A DNA stretch of 64,000 nt, from contig JAKMXF010000011.1 in the NCBI GenBank assembly GCA_024704765.1, positions 789,557 through 853,556 of the forward strand. Reading direction: 5' to 3'. The DNA comes from Oopsacas minuta (lineage: Eukaryota > Animalia > Porifera). Positions 57,421-64,000 of the stretch are shown piece after piece. How positions within the stretch are numbered: the first letter of the stretch is position 1; each line of letters opens with the position of its first letter. Below the pieces are notes generated by a model. The model saw only the letters and a program-made list of their open reading frames with translations, did no database searches and was not told the DNA's origin. Made by a program: the position numbers and the translations under genes.

Positions 57421-58841
57421 CTAACAGATTTTCCGTCGAATACTCAACATTAGCTGTTCAATAGGATTCACATATGCGGAATTTTTCAGCTCACAATTAT
57501 CAGATTTTAGTAAAACATCAATTTCACCTCTCACTAACTCAATACGATCCTTAACAACTTGATAAGTACATTCATGTCTACGTATACTGAGTAGAAATTC
57601 TCTCTCCTCTGATTTTTCCTCGAAAAAAACGCGAATTTCTTCACCTAGTGCAATCTGCCTCGCATGGAAAAGCAATCGCATAACAATATACAAAACTTTG
57701 TACAGTTTATCTTTATTAGGCGGATTATCTTGTTTCTCCCATTGCAATAATTTCTTCAATCCATGGTTACCACAGGCATCACTTAAATATTTTCTAACAA
57801 CATCCCTGCTAAGTACATTTTTCCTTAACTCAACAAACTGGTAGTATTCGTCAATAGCATAGTGAATGCTGTTGTTATGTAAAAATAAACTTTCCACAAC
57901 TCTAGGGTCACCTGTTACCAACAACTCGCAATACCTGTACAACTCATATAGGGTAAAATCAGGTTGTTCTGAGGTTCTGTTTTTAATTGTAAGCGGGGGT
58001 GGGTGAAAAGAAAGACATTTTTCTGTATCACCAATATACACAACAAACATATCTAAATCTGAGTTTTCCCCATGCAAATTGTACCTGTGACTACCAAAGG
58101 GACAAGCTAGCATAATTCTACCATAGTCTTTAACATGTGTTGTTAATCGTTCCCATAACGCAGAGGAGGATATAGTAGAGTCTGTTTCTGAGAGTTTGAA
58201 AAATATTGGATTTTCGTAACCCATTTTTCGAGCTTCAACTTTTTGTTCATTTTCCTTACTTAATTTGTATTGTGCATCGAGTAAGTTGCATAAATTTTTA
58301 CCTACAAAGTGAGGTTTGTATAAAAATTATCTTGTGGACCCCTTGGTGTCACCCGTGGACCGCTAAGGGGTCCATGAACCCAGGTTGGGAACTACTGTTC
58401 AACCTATAAATATTCTAAATTACCAATTGCATCATTTACTGTCTCCCAATTTCTTGCTTTATTCAAAGATTTCAAGTTCTCTTTTTCATGAATCATAATA
58501 TCTTCAGTCATAGAGAAACTCAATCCATTCCTAAATCGACTAGTAAAAGTTACGACCCATTCAACTTCAAAAGTATACCACATACTGTTATTCTTTTTAA
58601 CAGCTGTTTCGGCTGGAGGGGTCATTAACCGCGCGTAGCCTTGCCAACCTTTGCTCGCGTTTACACTGAACATTATTATAACTTGACTGGTGTTAAACGC
58701 CGTTAATAAAATATCACGAGGTTGTTTTTCAGATTTCTCATGTCTGGGACAAGCCCATATTTTACTCTCCTGACATTTAATGAGGCTTTCGAAGTTGTCA
58801 CATTTCGCGATGAAATAACTAACCTGTATATTTTCTGCCAT
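57421..58841 (-). CDS. YTH-domain / RlaP-like (Pol-beta superfamily) nucleotidyltransferase fusion protein, 2 exons, 432 aa
   Basis: Exons 58841..58424 and 58301..57421; phase-1 intron G|GTAATT ... CTTTGTAG|GT restores the YTH last helix DAIGKNLCNLLD and runs in frame into GSHRYNLHGENSDLDMFVVY ... PDFTLYEL ... GDPRVVESLF ... RLL ... REFLLSIRR. Confidence 0.88.
58333..58398. mobile_element. hAT (Charlie-like) MITE remnant in the YTH-NTase intron
   Basis: GGACCCCTT ... AAGGGGTCC ... CAGGTTGGGAACTACTG resembles the right end of the 39572..39675 element. Confidence 0.55.
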
Positions 58842-59090
58842 AATAACTACAAGGGTGAATAGATCTTCCAGTTTACAAATAGTATAAACAGAATTTTAAG
58901 AAAATCCTCCTAAAGTGTCCAAATAATTAAAATTTGATGAAGAAAATAATCTCAGATATTATAATGCATAACAAATGGTAATTACTATATCCATGCATTT
59001 ACACTATAGATAGTATGTATTGTATGGAATTTCTATCTTCCACTAAACTACAGAACTGTTTCACAAAGAAATGGGAAGGGGGTATAAATT

Positions 59091-61289
59091 CTATTCTGTT
59101 TTTTCTTTCAAGTCATTTCCACTTACTCCATACTCGTTTTTACGTTTAGGATCTACACGATATATCCATCTTTGATAGAGAAAAATAATAAACACTATGT
59201 CGTCACGGAAACAGCCCAGTCTGTATAAAGTTGGCATTTTTATCACAAACGCGAATAAATCATCGATAAAAGTGTTCAGAAATTTATAAGTCATCATCCG
59301 CCATGGTAAATGCGCGACAGACTTCATCTTGTAGTTTATGAATAGTTGTGGTGTCATTGAAATGAAGCCAAATGTCAAAAGGAAACCGTATAGCATGGAT
59401 AAAACGAATGAATACCATCCTCTGTGTTCGTTGTAGAGGAGAGAGTATACACCATACGCGAATAGAAGGGGGAATAAAAACCAGGAAAGATAACGAAATG
59501 CCATTTTATCGAACTCTTTTGTCGGTGATTCAGCGTATGATGGCAATTCTTTTATTGTTATTTTAGGGATAATTCCGAGTATTCTTTGATTTGCAAATAT
59601 CCTTACTTGTACTACTTTTGTAATTTTCCATAAGTCTATTAGCAAACCTATACCTGTACCGAACAGTATAAGAAAATTAGATTCATTGTCTAGAATGTAT
59701 AGGAAGACAATTAACGACTGAATTAAATTGAGAAAAACCGCGCGAACACTGAGGCCTTCGAGACTGCGGCGACTTTTCCAGAATTGTATATCGTTTTTGA
59801 AAGCTAGGAATTCAAACACAGTGTGGACCAGGGATACGACTATAGTTATACCGAGTAGAATCGGATCAGTTTCAATCAACATTTCCTTCAGTGTATCGTC
59901 CTCTTCATCTGATTTCTCCTGGAACATCTGCATATAAGTATTCTGATTTTCTAACGCAGCGTAGAATTGGAATTTTACAAGAGAAAGCATGCCAAAAGTT
60001 AAATGCAAAGTTTGACGTTTGACAGTGGAGTTTATAGGTTGATAGTCCCGTTTAAGATTCCAATAATCGCATGGATACAAGATAGGGTAATAGTAATGTT
60101 TATGAAACTCTACGTATTTATCCAGAGGCGGTGGTAAAGCATTGATGGGCCAATGATTGAAATCATGTACAAGATATAGAGTTAAATTCTCATGCCAATG
60201 TGGAACAATTACGTCATCTTCTAAATCAGCAGGATTCTCTTGTGTTGGTTTACCGGTGATTAAATTCACTTTTTTGTTCACAGTTATTTTCCTATATTTT
60301 GTTACTTCTTTCATTTTGTAGACAAAATGTGTGGATTTTAACATCGGGTCTAAGTTTATAGGATCCTCATTAATGTATGTATTTCTGAGTAAGAAGGTGT
60401 GGATGTATAAACTGCCGTTTGAGTACAAATATGAATAATCCTTCTCTAAATCTAAGTCAATTTCCTTTTCCAAAGTTGTTCCCTCGTTTCTATACAAAAT
60501 ACCAATTTCACTCCAAATTAAGTTACGTATCGTGTCTTGTGTCCAATTTGCGGAATTTGACAAGTAAATGTATGTGTCAAACATTTCTCCATCAGTGAAT
60601 AGATTTGTTCCTGCCATGTTTTGAAGACTAGAAGCTCCAGCTTTTGGATTATTTGGTGGATTATTAGAAGTTGGTGATTTTCTAAAATAAGATGATATGA
60701 AATAGATAATTATAATATTCCATAGAATTGATTTCCAGGAGAATGCACCATTCGCCCTTCGTTGTGGTTGTTGTTGTTGTTGTTGTTGTTCTCCATTATT
60801 GTTTACTTCTCCAGTATTATTTACTTCTCCAGTATTGTTTACTTCTCCAGTATTATTTACTTCTTCAGTATTGTTTACTTCTCCAGTATTGTTTACTTCT
60901 CCACTATTGTTTACTTCTCCAGTATTATTTACTTCTCCAGTATTGTTTACTTCTTCATTATTGTTTACTTCTCCAGTATTGTTTACTTCTCCATTATTGT
61001 TTACTTCTCCAGTATTGTTTACTTCTTCATATTGTTTACTTCTCCATATTGTTTACTTCTCCAGTATTGTTTACTTCTTCATTATTGTTTACTTCTCCAT
61101 ATTGTTTACTTCTCCACTATTGTTTACTTCTCCAGTATTGTTTACTTCTCCATTATTGTTTACTTCTCCAGTATTGTTTACTTCTCCATTATTGTTTACT
61201 TCTTCAGTATTCGTATCAGCTGCTGCATTTTCACTGACAATATTTTCATTTTGAAGTTCGCTGTTTGTTGTTTCGCTTGTGTCTGTCAT
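59091..61289 (-). CDS. CLPTM1: CLPTM1 lipid scramblase; N-terminal repeat region frameshifted as assembled
   Basis: HWHENLTLYLV, YYPILYPCDYWNL, LKEMLIETDPILLGIT, FLAFKNDIQFW, MTPQLFINYKMKSVAHLPWRMMTYKFLNTFIDDLFAF, DDIVFIIFLYQRWIYRVD. Frame extends upstream through SWKSILWNIIIIYFISSYFR and polyQ into the 18-bp repeat; ATG 61289 is in the same frame overall. Confidence 0.9.
60793..61203. repeat. Coding minisatellite, 23 units (20 x 18 bp, 3 x 17 bp) encoding (G/E)EVNN(T/N/S)
   Basis: Consensus plus strand CCAGTATTGTTTACTTCT; 17-bp units at 61027, 61044 and 61097. Confidence 0.95.
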
Positions 61290-61657
61290 TTCTTACTATT
61301 CCAAAAGTTGTGTATAAATAATATTAATTTCTATAAGACACATATACCTAATTAATATAATATCAAAATTCTCAATAACTGAAGCCAATATCCTAATATA
61401 GAATAATGGAATACAACAATTTACTAGCACAATTGATAATATATTGTTTGGCTTTCAGAGATTGTAAACATTAAAATCGGAAGTTAAATTCAATTTATGG
61501 AATTGTAATCAGCTGGGGAATCCTGGCGAACAGCTGATTATTAACTGCATAAGTAGACTCACGTTAACGTCCGTATATTAAACATATAAATGTATAAAAC
61601 GCATTTAGCCAATTCAATAATAGCTAATACAACAAAATAAATATCTAACAAACTCTG

Positions 61658-62857
61658 TTATGATTCGTATGTTGTGGTAGAAGAATAACCAAGAGAAGAT
61701 ATATACGCTAATGCAATCACTTCCAATAAAGCTACCGAGCAAGCAAACAGACAATACCCAAGGTATGAATATAAATATCCACCTACAATAGGTGTTATCA
61801 TTCCTACAAAACCAATGCCGATATAATTTAAACCAAGAGCGAGACCAGTGGATGATTCAGGCACGATATTAGTCAACATTGTAGTAGATACAGCGCCAAA
61901 AAGCGCATCAGCCATTGACAGTGGTATAGATATAAGACAATACCAGATTAAACTAGGATAAATACCAATTAACAAGTACGATACAAGTTTAAGTAGAACA
62001 GAACCAAGGATAATATTGAATTCAAGAAAACGTGATGTGAAGTATGAGACACCAAATGTTAAAATTATAAATCGTATAACTGCAAGATATGTCATTAACC
62101 ACCCATACTGATGGGGTTCTAATTCAAACAAATCAATCGAGAAAATCGGTAGTAGTGAACTCCAAATCATACCAGGGACACCAGACAACAAGCATATCAT
62201 AAATATAGGAATTACACCAGGGATTGATAATACATGTCTCCATGGTGAGAGATCGAAAAGTGACGTGTTTTTAGCTGATGTTAAATGTGCGTTATCTGAT
62301 TTAACTGATGTTGGTATAAAGTATAGGATAAGAGGGATAACACTTATTGAACCTAAAGTTGCTATCCAAGCCGTGAATTGAGTTGAAAATAAGGTAATTA
62401 AGTATCCAGCTGATAGAGAACCCATTATTAATCCTAGGGTATAGAATGCAGAAAGTTTCCCAAGAGCTCCCGCGCGTGATTTCGCATCGCTTACGTCAGC
62501 GAGTACCATCTGACAGCCTTGCATTGTAGACATAAACATAGCGCATAAACGTGATATAACTATAAAATGTACCGAATCTGTGATAGCTAGGAAGAAATAA
62601 GTCAATATTGTGGAAACAAACGCGAGTAAAAGTGCCTTTTTCGCACCGTATATATCACCAAATCGACCATAAATAGGAGTACCTAGGAACTGTATAATAT
62701 TGAATAGAGTTTGTATGTAAGCGTAGCCAACTGCATCAAGTCCTAATTCCTTCACTAAATAAGGTAGTACACTAGTTTGCATGAAGAAACAGAAACTGTA
62801 GTTGAATATGAGGATGTAGATTACTACTACTAAGTTAGATGGGAGGGACGGCAGCAT
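61658..62857 (-). CDS. SLC22A18: Major facilitator superfamily transporter, SLC22A18-like
   Basis: FCFFMQTSVLPYLVKELGLDAVGYAYIQTLFNIIQFLGTPIYGRFGDIYG; 12-TM pattern; LADVS...RAGALGKL. Confidence 0.75.
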   Translation of the reverse strand: MLPSLPSNLVVVIYILIFNYSFCFFMQTSVLPYLVKELGLDAVGYAYIQTLFNIIQFLGTPIYGRFGDIYGAKKALLLAFVSTILTYFFLAITDSVHFIVISRLCAMFMSTMQGCQMVLADVSDAKSRAGALGKLSAFYTLGLIMGSLSAGYLITLFSTQFTAWIATLGSISVIPLILYFIPTSVKSDNAHLTSAKNTSLFDLSPWRHVLSIPGVIPIFMICLLSGVPGMIWSSLLPIFSIDLFELEPHQYGWLMTYLAVIRFIILTFGVSYFTSRFLEFNIILGSVLLKLVSYLLIGIYPSLIWYCLISIPLSMADALFGAVSTTMLTNIVPESSTGLALGLNYIGIGFVGMITPIVGGYLYSYLGYCLFACSVALLEVIALAYISSLGYSSTTTYES

Positions 62858-63452
62858 AGTGAAGTGGGGGTGAGCTATGTGATATGAATAATATACATAT
62901 ATTAATGTGATGTCATATTCTTATAAGGAAATTGGTATAACCCACCTCCGTTTTTAAACTTTCAAATCGTTATCGTCGACGTGATACTTCGTAATCAAAA
63001 GACCAAGGATTCAGCAGTCAGGGTAACCAGAAATTGTGAGAGTAACGACGAGATTGTGAAAGTTCAGAAACCCCCAATCATGACCCATGAATTATATTAA
63101 ATTTCTAGCCGAATTGTTTCGATAAATATACACAAGATATTCCCACATATTACAATTATACAACTAATCTAAAATAACATATAATTGTATAAGGAAGATA
63201 TCAATAAAATGTGTTTCTAATTGTTCTGAAAAGTCTAATATGAATAACTAGTAAAGAAAACATAAATGGACAGGGACAAACAAATACAATGTTTGTAACA
63301 ATCTGATCTGCTAAATCTATATATCATACACAAAAAGAGAGAATAGAGAAGTAAATTGACCAAAGATGATAATATACAACATGCAACGGAAACAGAATAT
63401 ACTATTTTTGAGCAGGCTATTAGGTAGGCTGGGACAGGCCAAAACTCAAACT

Positions 63453-63794
63453 TCAACAGTCGAGAAAATTGGCAGCCATGAGCAATTCAAGTGCGATTTC
63501 TGGTGCAATAGGAAATTCGGGTATTTCGGTTGAACTGTTAGTGTAACGCACTTTGTATGTGAAGTAGGTGCAAACTTTCGCGAGCACGTGAGAGGGAATT
63601 TCACGGAATTCGACACGATCATCCTCTTCATCAAGCATAGCCCCTGGTCCTGAAAGCATAGCCTTTATGGTAGCAGAAGTGAGGGCGTGCTCCTTCCTAA
63701 TATAAAACTCGTGCAAATCAGAGGAAACAAGCTTCACCCATTGATCAGGACCAACTGATGGTGCTGCTTCCATGTTTGTTAATTCTGTTGCCAT
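63453..63794 (-). CDS. ELOC: Elongin C
   Basis: [32 protein letters not shown]...[53 protein letters not shown]. Confidence 0.98.
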   Translation of the reverse strand: MATELTNMEAAPSVGPDQWVKLVSSDLHEFYIRKEHALTSATIKAMLSGPGAMLDEEDDRVEFREIPSHVLAKVCTYFTYKVRYTNSSTEIPEFPIAPEIALELLMAANFLDC

Positions 63795-63840
63795 CTGAAT
63801 ATGCCTACCTACTAGTTAGAGGAAATAGACCAATTATATA

Positions 63841-63979
63841 TAGTCAACTCTGGTTTTATCGAAGCTCAAGGAACTGCGATAATTCAATATAACGATGGAA
63901 TTATGTTACTTTGACTGTTTTGGACCATATTTGTACAATTTCTGGCTTCGATAAAAGCGGGTATAACGGGAGTTGATTG
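63841..63979. mobile_element. MITE family A copy
   Basis: TAGTCAACTCTGGTTTTATCGAAGCTCAAGG ... TATAACGGGAGTTGATTG-TA. Confidence 0.8.
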
Positions 63980-64000
63980 TATATAGTATTTCAATGTAAT

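Noticed and set aside
1148-59937. Many short antisense ORFs overlapping real genes (e.g. 22421..22948, 33562..33933, 48696..49175, 50909..51232)
   Set aside because: Shadow ORFs of long coding sequences with no motifs of their own.
60728-61355. Plus-strand ORFs of 151-197 aa in all three frames and a CRISPR-like look
   Set aside because: Artefacts of the stop-poor 18-bp minisatellite; units are head-to-tail with no spacers and no cas genes.
52497-63794. KLHDC3 and its partner Elongin C within 11 kb
   Set aside because: Five unrelated genes intervene; no sequence evidence of co-regulation.
1-64000. tRNA, rRNA, CRISPR arrays or autonomous transposase genes
   Set aside because: No cloverleaf with A/B boxes, rRNA-like segment, spacer array or transposase/RT ORF seen by eye.

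Overview
AT-rich, gene-dense, intron-poor animal genomic DNA; a compact basal metazoan such as a glass sponge is my inference, not shown by the sequence. I support about 26 protein-coding genes: RPLP0, an uncharacterised 955-aa protein, a MAPK phosphatase, a TGF-beta ligand, an EF1-delta N-terminus-like ORF, TMC, MRPL10, CCHCR1, LSM2, MAN2B1, CFAP61, SUZ12, two tandem CYP4-clan genes, three tandem SelW/Rdx selenoprotein genes missed by the ORF track, Frizzled, ABCB6, GLE1, KLHDC3, a coiled-coil orphan, a YTH-nucleotidyltransferase fusion, CLPTM1, an SLC22A18-like MFS transporter and ELOC. Many MITEs and one 806-bp long-TIR element are present. Highlights: (1) a spliced two-exon gene fusing a YTH RNA-reader domain to a bacterial/phage-type RlaP-like Pol-beta nucleotidyltransferase; (2) a three-gene selenoprotein array, each with in-frame TGA, its own SECIS and an N-myristoylation-type start, one with NxxU instead of CxxU; (3) 22 of 23 genes from 11.8 to 64 kb lie on the minus strand and most have a 3' splice acceptor just before the ATG, suggesting spliced-leader trans-splicing and possibly operons. 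All family calls come from motif recognition by eye; no database search was run.
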